A stretch of DNA of 64,000 nucleotides, taken from assembly GCA_963829055.1 (NCBI GenBank), contig CAWHHI010000016.1, positions 320,001 through 384,000 of the forward strand, written 5' to 3'. The translations under genes were made by a program, and so were the position numbers. The notes below the pieces were generated by a model. It saw only the letters and a program-made list of their open reading frames with translations. It did no database searches and was not told where the DNA came from. Each line of letters begins with the position of its first letter. Position 1 is the stretch's first letter. Shown piece after piece: positions 35,341 through 44,142 of this stretch. The stretch comes from an uncultured Gemmatimonadaceae bacterium (lineage in GTDB: Bacteria; Gemmatimonadota; Gemmatimonadetes; Gemmatimonadales; Gemmatimonadaceae).

Positions 35341-36974
35341 TTAGGCGTCCGGAACGGTGTCGCGCTTTGGCGGCAGTGGCGAGGAGTCCGGTTTGCCTCG
35401 CCGGATTGTATCGCCCGGTGTCCACGCCTTGTGTCCCTGTGGCAACCACCCCGGTACGACCTCGGGCACTGCGTTCGCTCGCGGACGCCGCGGCGGCGTG
35501 GTGTTATTGGTCGTGGCAGGACTGTCAGCTGCCGCGCGGCGGTTTCGCGTTCGCTCTCGCGCTGTCCGCACTGGAGGAGAACGGCGGTTGACGCGGCGCC
35601 GGCGCCGCGGATCCGCGTGCCGTCTCGCCCGTTAACGTCGATCGTTGTCGACCGGCTGCGGCGTTCGTCCCCGCGGGTGTGGCACTCGCGAAGTAGGCGG
35701 CCGCGCCTAACGCGGCGGAGAGTGCGAGCACGATCGGTGGGATTGCGATCAACCACATTTCGCTGCGAGTGAACGCTCGGCGCCGTCTCGGGCCGCGGCG
35801 GAGCGGGCGACGTCAATGTCGGACGGGCCGGCGGGGCGCGGGACACCGCGGCAGGGCGCGATCTCGGCCGGTGGACTGCCCACTGCCTCCGCTGCCTGAC
35901 GTGCGGTCGGTGCGACGGACGGTTCTGTGCGACGCTCCTGCCCGCCGGTCGCGTCCGTCCCTACCGTCTCGGTCCGCCCCGCCTCGGTGACGGCCTGCGA
36001 ACGCGACGCCGGCTCCGGCGGTGCGCTGGTTGTCTTCACAGCGGTCGGCGCGATCGGCGACGCCGTGCTCGGTGGAGCGGCGGCGTGCGCCCGCGTGGCT
36101 GGAGGTACGACTGATCGCGCACGGCGCCCCTCGCGCATAACGCCTCCCGCCGGAACAGCCGCCGTGTCTGCGCGCAGGTCGAGCCCGGGTGGTGGCACGA
36201 GTATGGGACGCACACTGCGCGACGGTTCCGCGTCCTCGACGGTCGAGCGATTCCCACCGCACGCGCATCCGGCTGCAGCTGCGAGGTCGAGCAGCACGCG
36301 CGATCGGCTCGGTTGCCACAGCGCAGGGTCGACGCTCGCCACGTCCACGTCGCGCAGCAGTCGATCGACCGGCGCCCGCGCCAGAAACCGACGCGCCGGC
36401 AATCCTCCCGGCAGGGAACGATGACGACGCCACCGTTCTGCATCGGCGTCATCCATCTCCGCGGCGGCCGATGTATCGAGCGTTATGCCTTCGCGGTGCA
36501 GCGATGCAAAGAAGCCCGCTGGTGTGAAGCGCGCGTTGATGGACGCATCGTTCGCGCTCGGGCAGTCGCCGACGTAGGTGATCAGTAACGACTCGCCATA
36601 GACGAGGCGAAGGTATCGCGCGGCCGCAACGGGCGGAGCGGCGACGACGATCTTCCGGACCGGCTTGGCGGTCGCCGCCACCGCGAGGAGAGACGCGACG
36701 CGCGCGCACGTGCACGCGAGCACGACATCGTCAGGGCAGGACTCGAGCTCGGCCAGATATCGCTGTGCAACAAGCTCGTCGCCCCAACTCGGCGGGACGA
36801 CAATGTCGAATCCGGCGGCGGCGCAGGCACGTGACAGCTCCGCGGGGGGCGCTGGTCGCGCGGCCACCAGAGCGTCGTTACCGAGAATCACGGCAGCGCG
36901 CGAGTTCTTGCCGCGCCGCGGTGCGTCCCTACCGGCCAATTTGTTTGGTCGTTGCGCGCTCTCTGCTCCGTCCA
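35341..36974 (-). CDS. Membrane-anchored protein with degenerate FeFe-hydrogenase large-subunit/Nar1-like domain (frameshift-split; start uncertain)
   Basis: AGFDIVVPPSWGDEL, LACTC, PPVAAARYL, TYVGDCP, GCACGG; Pro/Ala linker; TM helix in ORF 35525-35758; tail in ORF 35341-35571. Confidence 0.55.
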
Positions 36975-37184
36975 CGCCACCGGTCCTGTACAACGTCGGG
37001 CAAACTACTCGTCGGCTGCCGCTCGTGCCCGCAGACCAGTCACTGACGAGACGTGGGACTGCGAACACGACACTACGAATACGCGCAACTACGGCGGAAC
37101 CAAGCCGATGCAAAAAGGCGGCACGCATTTCTGCGCCCCGCCTTCATCACGTACCGGACGTACTGGTTATCGAACCGATCCCAA

Positions 37185-38117
37185 TCAGAACGGCAGGTCG
37201 TCGAGCGACATCCCGAGCGGTGAAGAGTCCAGCGCATCGGACGTCGAGCGCGACTCCGCAGCCGCGGGTGCGCCTTCATTTGTCGCGGCAGATCCGCTCG
37301 CGCGAGGCGGCCAGACCACGCCGTCGCACGACCTATCGCGGCACTTGAAGTCCGGTGCCTTCGGATTCCGCTTGGAGAGGCGGTTGTCCCACATGCGTCC
37401 ACCGCACTTGGGGCACGACGGCGTCGACACTGGCTCGGCGACGGTTGCCTCGGTGGACGGCTCCGGCGCTTCTGTAGCCGTTGCCGCAGCAGTCGGACGG
37501 ACGCGCTTCGCTACGCCGGCACGCGCACGCGCTGGGGTGCTCGCGGCCTCTTCCTCATTTCCATTCGACGAAACGGCGCCGTTCGACGACACGGCCCTGT
37601 CCTCTGGCAGCGGCGCGCCGTTGGCTGGACCGAAGCGTCGCGCATAGACGACACCTGGATCTTCGAGCGGCTTGGCGTTGCGGCCGTCACCGTCCACCTG
37701 AACCCAGTTCTGCTCGTAGGCGTAGAGCTCGTGCGCGATGCCGAAGCGGACGGCGGCACGCTTGAACGCGTCCGTCGCTGCGGCTTTGTAGTCGCGGCCA
37801 GTCCCGACATCCTCACGGATGACGCCGAGAATTTGCAGACGCGCCTTGAACGAGCAGGCCGCGCCGTCGCCGCCATCATCCAGACCCGGAATGGGCGGGA
37901 GCAGCTCGAGCGTCAGATCCCACTCGCCCGGTACTACGGCGTCCAGGCGCTCACGCGCGGTGTTCGCCTCGATATACGCCACGAACCGCGCGAAATACTT
38001 GCCGTCGCGGGCGATGACTTTGCCGTCCTGCCGCCAATAGACGACCCCGTTAGGCAGTGGCTCGGCAAGGCGCGACCAGAATGTCGGCCTTTTCAGTGTG
38101 TGTGTCGTGTCTGGCAA
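37185..38117 (-). CDS. Rad52/Rad22-family ssDNA annealing protein (DdrA/Sak-like) with Zn ribbon and acidic DDLPF tail
   Basis: VAYIEANTARERLDAV..W, REDVG..KAAATDAFKRAAVRFGIAHELY; CPKC..FKCRDRSC; ends SLDDLPF. Confidence 0.85.
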   Translation of the reverse strand: MPDTTHTLKRPTFWSRLAEPLPNGVVYWRQDGKVIARDGKYFARFVAYIEANTARERLDAVVPGEWDLTLELLPPIPGLDDGGDGAACSFKARLQILGVIREDVGTGRDYKAAATDAFKRAAVRFGIAHELYAYEQNWVQVDGDGRNAKPLEDPGVVYARRFGPANGAPLPEDRAVSSNGAVSSNGNEEEAASTPARARAGVAKRVRPTAAATATEAPEPSTEATVAEPVSTPSCPKCGGRMWDNRLSKRNPKAPDFKCRDRSCDGVVWPPRASGSAATNEGAPAAAESRSTSDALDSSPLGMSLDDLPF

Positions 38118-38125
38118 TCATGCTC

Positions 38126-38590
38126 TCATCCCACCTTTCTGGTCCAGTCCAGGTTCCTGTTTGCCCGCCGAACATCATCGACGGCCGGGCAGCTACGACC
38201 ATGCGTGCAGTACAGTCCGTGGCGATCGAAGAACACGAGGTGCGTTTCCGTCGAGCCGTTCAATGTTTCGTCGACGCGAAACAATCGCTCTACCGATGTC
38301 CCAGCGCCGCACTTGGCCTGCGGGTCCAGACTGCGAACACGGACGACCCGCGGTGCGGTATCGGTGTGGCGACTGGCTGAAGAAGGCTTACGCGACGTTC
38401 GTTGCGTCGGCTTGGCCTTCCCTCGAGGCTTGGCGGTGCTGCGTCTGCCAGCGAGTCGCTGACTTTCGCCACGGGTGGATCCCTTCGTTTTGCCAGCCTT
38501 CTTGCCCGGCGCAGACGGGGATTCCGCCGATTTTGCCCGATGCTGGCCGGACGCCCGGCCCGAGGTCCTCCTTCGCTTGACTTTCGTCAC
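38126..38590 (-). CDS. Basic hypothetical protein with C-terminal Cys/His cluster
   Basis: K/R-rich N-terminus; HLVFFDRHGLYCTHGRSCPAV; 8 nt from the Rad52-like gene. Confidence 0.6.
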   Translation of the reverse strand: MTKVKRRRTSGRASGQHRAKSAESPSAPGKKAGKTKGSTRGESQRLAGRRSTAKPRGKAKPTQRTSRKPSSASRHTDTAPRVVRVRSLDPQAKCGAGTSVERLFRVDETLNGSTETHLVFFDRHGLYCTHGRSCPAVDDVRRANRNLDWTRKVG

Positions 38591-38678
38591 GCCATTACCG
38601 ACAATCTGCTACAGAATGTAACGGTGTTTCGGGCTATATTCGGTATCTCAAATTATGGTTGCCTGCAACGAATGTCAA
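38577..38678. promoter_or_regulatory. Face-to-face sigma70 promoters with inverted-repeat operator candidates
   Basis: + strand TTGACT-N17-GACAAT (38577-38605); - strand TTGACA-N17-TAATTT (38678-38650); IRs ACAATCTG-CTA-CAGAATGT and GTTGC-CT-GCAAC. Confidence 0.6.
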
Positions 38679-39235
38679 CTGAGACCGAGGAGCCAGAACT
38701 CTCCGCGCCGGGCGTCCCCGAGCTGACAACACTCGGTAAACGCATCGAAATGCTCCGCCTCGACCGACGCCTGAGCAAACGCGTTCTCGCGCAACGCGCC
38801 GGTACCTCGCGGCAGCAACTCTGGCGTGTGATGACGGGAAAGTCCGAGCTCACGAGCTCGCTCTGCGCCCGTCTATCTGAAGTGCTCGAGATCGACTGTC
38901 GTGAGTTACGCGACGCCACCGTCGCCGACAGCGCCGAGGACGGGCGCGTCCCCCGCGCGATCGCCGACAGACTCACGCCCGCGCGCGTGTCGTATGAACT
39001 CCTCGCGAGCCTCGAAGGTTCCGCGTCGCGGCGATTCTCCGACGCGCTCGATGAGTACGTCGCGCGACCTGATGGGCTCGCACGGACCCTCGAAACGATG
39101 CCCAGTACTGACGACGGCCGTCGGCTCAAGCGAGCACTGCTCGACGCTGTGGAAGAGATCGCGATGACGCGTTCCATCAAGCTGCCTCACGCGTTCTTCG
39201 ATCTTCGTCGTGCGGTCGTCAACGACGACGCGTGA
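38672..39235 (+). CDS. XRE-family HTH transcriptional regulator
   Basis: LGKRIEMLRLDRRLSKRVLAQRAGTSRQQLWRVMTGKS. Confidence 0.85.
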   Translation: MSTETEEPELSAPGVPELTTLGKRIEMLRLDRRLSKRVLAQRAGTSRQQLWRVMTGKSELTSSLCARLSEVLEIDCRELRDATVADSAEDGRVPRAIADRLTPARVSYELLASLEGSASRRFSDALDEYVARPDGLARTLETMPSTDDGRRLKRALLDAVEEIAMTRSIKLPHAFFDLRRAVVNDDA

Positions 39236-39353
39236 TCCGCAGCCGAGCCGGCTGTGACGCTGACGAGCTGAGCCTAACGCGGCATTCTGGTCTTTGGTAC
39301 GCGGCTGGCGCGCGTCGTGCACTTCGGGCGCGCCCCAGACAAAGAGGCGACCA

Positions 39354-39881
39354 ATGGATCGAGGCATCGACTTTCTCAAGAGTCAGATCAATAACGCGGT
39401 CATGCAGCACCGCACGCTGCTAGAAAATCTCGAGGATCACGAGAAGCAGGCCGAAGACCCGCGCTACCGCGACCTCTGCTCGGCAGCGATCCCGCAGATG
39501 CGCGAGCATCAGCGCATGCTCGAGCAGTACCAGCAGGAAATCGGCGCCGAGACGGGCGTCGCGAAGAACGTGCTCGGCAAGGCGCTGGGCGTAGCGCGCG
39601 ACCTCGCTGACGTCGCTCGTGAGAGCGATTTCCTCCGGCTCGTTGGCGACATCGTAACGGCTCGTCAGTCGCAGGACACGTTCGGCACGTTCCGCGAAGC
39701 GGGGCGTGTGCTCGCAAACCCGCAGCTCCAGCGGATCGGAGAGATGGGCGAGCAGCACCACGAGCAATTCGTTCGCGACGCGAACCGGCTCGTCGCGCAG
39801 ATGTTCGTCGAGCATGCACGCGGTGTCGAGGCCGGCGCCAACGCGCGCACGACCGCGTCGCGCGAAACACCGCGGATGTAG
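39354..39881 (+). CDS. Ferritin-like four-helix protein (DUF892/YciF-like)
   Basis: SD AGAGG before ATG; helical, with EH and EQHH motifs spaced as in ferritin-like folds. Confidence 0.6.
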   Translation: MDRGIDFLKSQINNAVMQHRTLLENLEDHEKQAEDPRYRDLCSAAIPQMREHQRMLEQYQQEIGAETGVAKNVLGKALGVARDLADVARESDFLRLVGDIVTARQSQDTFGTFREAGRVLANPQLQRIGEMGEQHHEQFVRDANRLVAQMFVEHARGVEAGANARTTASRETPRM

Positions 39882-39939
39882 CAAGCGCGGGCGCGTAGCT
39901 CCGCGCGCGTCACCGAGCGACGCGAGGTGACGATCGGGT

Positions 39940-39969
39940 GGTGCGCGAGCGGACGTCCGCTCGCGCACC
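39940..39969. repeat. Perfect 30-bp palindrome
   Basis: GGTGCGCGAGCGGAC|GTCCGCTCGCGCACC. Confidence 0.85.
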
Positions 39970-40009
39970 GATCCTCCCAATGCCGGAGGCTGCTGGATAG
40001 CTTACGCGC

Positions 40010-41005
40010 ATGACCGACGTCGTCGCGCTCTGCGCCGAGCTGCTGTCCATTCAGTCGCCCACCGGCGGCGAAGGGAAGATCGTGGAATTCGTGTCGCGAC
40101 GCCTCGTGAGTCGCGGCTGGAACGTCACCGTGCAGGAGGTGACGCCCGGTCGTGGTAACATCTGGGCATCGCGCGGCGGAGGCGGAGTCACGCTTTCCAC
40201 GCATCTCGATACCGTTCCGCCGTATGTACCGCCGAAGATGGACGGTGACCGGCTGTACGGGCGCGGCGCCTGCGACGCCAAGGGAATCGCGGCCGCAATG
40301 CTTGCCGCCGCCGATCACCTCACCGATTCCGGCGAGGACCGCGTCGATCTCCTGCTTCTCGTTGGAGAGGAGAAGGGCTCCGACGGAGCACGGGCCGCGA
40401 ACCATCTCCCGGCAACGAGTCGATTCCTGATCAACGGTGAGCCGACAGAAAGCCGGCTCGCGAGCGGCGCCAAAGGATCGCTCCGCGTCACCGTGAAGAC
40501 GCGCGGTCGTGAAGCGCACTCGGCCTACCCGCAGCTCGGCCGGTCGGCGATCGAACCAATGCTCGAGCTGCTTCCGACCATCCGCTCCGTGTCGCTGCCG
40601 ACGGACGCCGTCCTTGGTGACACGACCGTGAACATCGGAACCATCCGCGGCGGCACCGAGGCGAACATCATTCCCGGTGAGTGCGAGGCCGAGCTGATGT
40701 TCCGACTCGTCGGCGATGTCGCACACGTGAAATCTCTCATCGAGAAGTGGGCCGGTGACCGGGCCGAGATCACGTACGGGTCGTACATCCCGGCGCAGCA
40801 TTTCCACGTCGTTCCGGGCTTCGACATCGCTCCGGTCGCGTACACCAGCGACATCCCGCTCCTTGGCCGTTGGGGAACCCCGCTGATGTTCGGGCCCGGC
40901 TCCATTCACGTCGCGCACACGCCTAACGAGCACATCGAGCTCAGGGAACTGCGTGACAGCGTCACCGTTTACGAGCGCCTGGTGCGCACGCTCCTCGCCG
41001 CATGA
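40010..41005 (+). CDS. M20 metallohydrolase (DapE/ArgE-like)
   Basis: STHLDTVP, GRGACDAKG, VGEE, GEPT, AHTPNE; first gene of the dap cluster. Confidence 0.88.
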   Translation: MTDVVALCAELLSIQSPTGGEGKIVEFVSRRLVSRGWNVTVQEVTPGRGNIWASRGGGGVTLSTHLDTVPPYVPPKMDGDRLYGRGACDAKGIAAAMLAAADHLTDSGEDRVDLLLLVGEEKGSDGARAANHLPATSRFLINGEPTESRLASGAKGSLRVTVKTRGREAHSAYPQLGRSAIEPMLELLPTIRSVSLPTDAVLGDTTVNIGTIRGGTEANIIPGECEAELMFRLVGDVAHVKSLIEKWAGDRAEITYGSYIPAQHFHVVPGFDIAPVAYTSDIPLLGRWGTPLMFGPGSIHVAHTPNEHIELRELRDSVTVYERLVRTLLAA

Positions 41006-42081
41006 CGACCGAACGCACGCCTCCTGCCCGCCGAATTCCCGTCGCGATCCTCGGCGCCACTGGCGCGGTGGGACAGACGTTCATCCGCTGCCTGCGCGAC
41101 CACCCGTGGTTCGAGATCGCGGAGTTGGCCGCGTCGGAGCGCTCCGCGGGCAAGCCGTATCGCGAAGCCACGCGGTGGCTGGAAGGGCAACTACCGGACG
41201 CGCTCGCCGACCGTGTCGTATTGCCGTGCGACCCGGCCAAGCTCTCCGCGCCCATCGTGTTTTCGGCGCTCGACGCGGCAGCCGCCGGTGACCTCGAGCC
41301 GGCGTTCGCCCGATCCGGCGCGCTCGTGTTGAGCAACGCCAAGAACTTCCGCATGGATCCGGACGTACCGCTGGTGATCCCGGAGGTGAACGCCAGCCAT
41401 CTGGCGCTCCTCGAGACGCAGCGTCAATCGCGAGGCTGGTCGGGCGGCATCGTGACGAACGCGAATTGCGCCGCAACGGTCGCCACCGTGGCGCTGGCCC
41501 CGCTCCATGAGGCGTTTGGCGTTAGGCAGGTGTTCGCCGTAACCATGCAGGCGGTATCCGGCGCCGGATACCCCGGCGTGCCGTCCCTCGACATCCTCGG
41601 CAACGTCATCCCGTACATCGGAGAAGAGGAGCCGAAGATCGAGCGGGAGATGCCGAAGATGCTCGGCTGCGTGGAAGGCGGCGCTCTCGTGCCCGCTCCA
41701 ATGCGCGTCAGCGCTCACGCGAACCGCGTCGCGGTGGAGCATGGCCATACGGTCTGCATGTCGGTCAAGTTCGAACAGTCACCGTCGCCCGAAGACGCAC
41801 TGCGTGTGCTGTCCGAATGGCGCGGCGATCCGACGGTGCGAGGCCTGCCGAGCGCCCCTGAACGTGTGCTGCTCGTGACGGACGCGCCCGATCGCCCCCA
41901 ACCTCGCCGTGACGTCGGGACCGGCGCCGGCATGACGGTCGTCGTCGGACGCGTTCGGTCGGACCCGCAGTTGGATCTGAGGCTCGTCGCGTTAGGCCAC
42001 AACACGATACGCGGCGCCGCCGGCGGCTCTGTGCTCAACGCCGAGCTGCTGGTCGCCACCGGCGTGATCAGCCGGGCATGA
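41002..42081 (+). CDS. asd: Aspartate-semialdehyde dehydrogenase
   Basis: LGATGAVGQ, PLVIPEVN, TNANC, QAVSGAG, HNTIRGAAG. Confidence 0.95.
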   Translation: MTTERTPPARRIPVAILGATGAVGQTFIRCLRDHPWFEIAELAASERSAGKPYREATRWLEGQLPDALADRVVLPCDPAKLSAPIVFSALDAAAAGDLEPAFARSGALVLSNAKNFRMDPDVPLVIPEVNASHLALLETQRQSRGWSGGIVTNANCAATVATVALAPLHEAFGVRQVFAVTMQAVSGAGYPGVPSLDILGNVIPYIGEEEPKIEREMPKMLGCVEGGALVPAPMRVSAHANRVAVEHGHTVCMSVKFEQSPSPEDALRVLSEWRGDPTVRGLPSAPERVLLVTDAPDRPQPRRDVGTGAGMTVVVGRVRSDPQLDLRLVALGHNTIRGAAGGSVLNAELLVATGVISRA

Positions 42082-43435
42082 TCGTCGTCAAGTTCGGTGG
42101 CACGTCCGTCGGCGACGCGGCAGCCATCGAACGCGCGGCCGAGATCGTGCGCGGCCGGCTGGCTCGCCGTCCACTCGTCGTCGTGTCCGCGCTCGCGGGG
42201 ACCACCAACACGCTGCTCGCGATAGCGGAGCAGGCAGAGAAGGGTCAGCTCATCGGAGCGCTCCGCGGCGTCGAGGGACTTCGCGAGCGCCACCTGGCGG
42301 AGACGTCGCAGCTTCTCGGAGACAGCGGTATCGGAGCCGAGATCGGTGCCGACCTGAGCGCGATGTTCGATGAGCTCGCGAGCCTCGCGGAAGCGCTGTC
42401 CGTGCTCGGCCACATGACGCCGCGGAGTCTCGACGCAATCGCATCCATCGGCGAGCGTCTCTCGTCGCACCTCGTGGTCGCCGTCCTCTGTGAGCGCGGC
42501 GTGCCAGCGCAGCTCATCGACGCCGGTGACGTCATGATCACCGACGACCACTACACGCGCGCCGAGCCGCAACCGGAGCTGATCGCCGACGCGACGCAGC
42601 GAATCATTCGTCCGCTGCTGGCCGCCGGGACAACTCCCGTCGTCGGCGGCTTTGTCGGCGCGACAGCGGCCGGCATTACGACGACGTTAGGCCGCGGTGG
42701 CAGCGACTACAGTGCGGCCTTATTCGGTGCCGCGCTCCGCGCCGAGGCGATCGAGATCTGGACCGATGTGGACGGCATGCTCACGGCCGATCCGCGCGTC
42801 GTCGACGGCGCACGGCTGATCGAGCAGATCCGTTTCGACGAAGCGTCCGAGCTGGCGTCGTTCGGCGCCAAGGTCCTGCACCCGAGCACGATCGCGCCGG
42901 CCGTCCGCATCGGCATTCCAGTTTACATCTACAACTCGCGTCGCCCCGACGGGTGCGGGACGCGCATCACGTTCGACGCGCCGCGCCGGCCCGGTGAGCG
43001 CTATCGCGGGGAAGAAAGACGTGTCGCTGATCCGCATCCGCACGCCGCGGATGTTGCTCGCGCACGGATTCCTGCGGCGGATTTTCGAGATCTTCGACGA
43101 GAATCGCACGTCGGTCGACGTGGTCGCGACGTCCGAGGTCTCCGTCTCTATGACGATCGACGATGCCACTCACCTCGACGCGCTGCTCGGATCGCTCACC
43201 GCGCTCGGCGATGTTTCCGTCGAACGGAACCGTGGCATTGTCGCGTTGGTCGGCGCCGGACTCGGCGACAGTACCGCGACAATGGCGAGGGCGCTCGCGG
43301 CGCTCGACACGATCAAGGTGCACATGGTTTCACTCAGCTCGGGCGGGATCAATCTCACGCTCCTCGTCGACGGCGATCAGGTCCTCGACGCTATGCGACG
43401 GCTTCACACCGCGTTCTTCCCACCGAGCCCAATGA
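42078..43435 (+). CDS. lysC: Aspartokinase; frameshift near 42990, 3' end ambiguous
   Basis: VVKFGGTSV, TTLGRGGSDYSA, WTDVDG, FGAKVLHP, ACT domains. Confidence 0.92.
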
Positions 43436-44142
43436 GCGACCTGCGTCTCGCGATCGTCGGTGACGGTAAGATGGGCCGCGCGATTCATGACCTCGCGCGC
43501 GAGCGATCGTTCGCCGTCACCGCGACGATCGGCGCCGCCGACAACGCCGGCGGGTCGGCTTTGACTCGCGAGCGGCTGGGTGACGCCGAAGTCGTGATCG
43601 AGTTCACGGAAGCAGACGCGGCGCCGTCGAACATTCTTGCAGCGGTGCGCGCGGGCTATCCCGTTGTCACTGGCACGACAGGCTGGGGCGACCGACTCGA
43701 GAGCGTCACCCGAGAAGTACATGGGTTGAACGGCGCGCTCGTGCATGCGCCTAACTTCTCGATCGGTGTGAATCTGTTTCTCGCGCTGGCGGCCGCGGCA
43801 GGTCGCGTTATGCATCACGCTCCGGAATTCGATCCCCACATCGTGGAGACCCACCACGCGGCCAAGAAGGACGCGCCGTCCGGTACGGCGATCGCGCTCG
43901 AGCGTGCCGTGCGCGGGCCGTTGGGCAGAGCCGTTGACATCACGAGCGTTCGCACGGGCCACGTCCCCGGCACGCATGAGCTGTCGTTCGACGGTGCATT
44001 CGAGCATATCCGACTCACGCACATGGCTCGTGATCGTCGCGTGTTCGCCGACGGCGCATTGCGGGCCGCGGGTTGGGTGCGCGGTCGTCGCGGCGTGTTC
44101 ACCATGCGGGACGTGCTCGATCTGGGAGCGGAGGCCGTCTGA
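43432..44142 (+). CDS. dapB: 4-hydroxy-tetrahydrodipicolinate reductase
   Basis: GDGKMG, GTTGW, PNFSIGV, ETHHAAKKDAPSGTA. Confidence 0.94.
   Translation: MSDLRLAIVGDGKMGRAIHDLARERSFAVTATIGAADNAGGSALTRERLGDAEVVIEFTEADAAPSNILAAVRAGYPVVTGTTGWGDRLESVTREVHGLNGALVHAPNFSIGVNLFLALAAAAGRVMHHAPEFDPHIVETHHAAKKDAPSGTAIALERAVRGPLGRAVDITSVRTGHVPGTHELSFDGAFEHIRLTHMARDRRVFADGALRAAGWVRGRRGVFTMRDVLDLGAEAV

Noticed and set aside
35327..39881. Prophage or integrative element at tRNA-Leu
   Set aside because: No integrase, structural genes or duplicated tRNA 3' end seen; composition is host-like.
39882..40009. Lysine riboswitch upstream of the dap cluster
   Set aside because: The region is only about 128 nt and lacks recognisable L-box motifs or a terminator.
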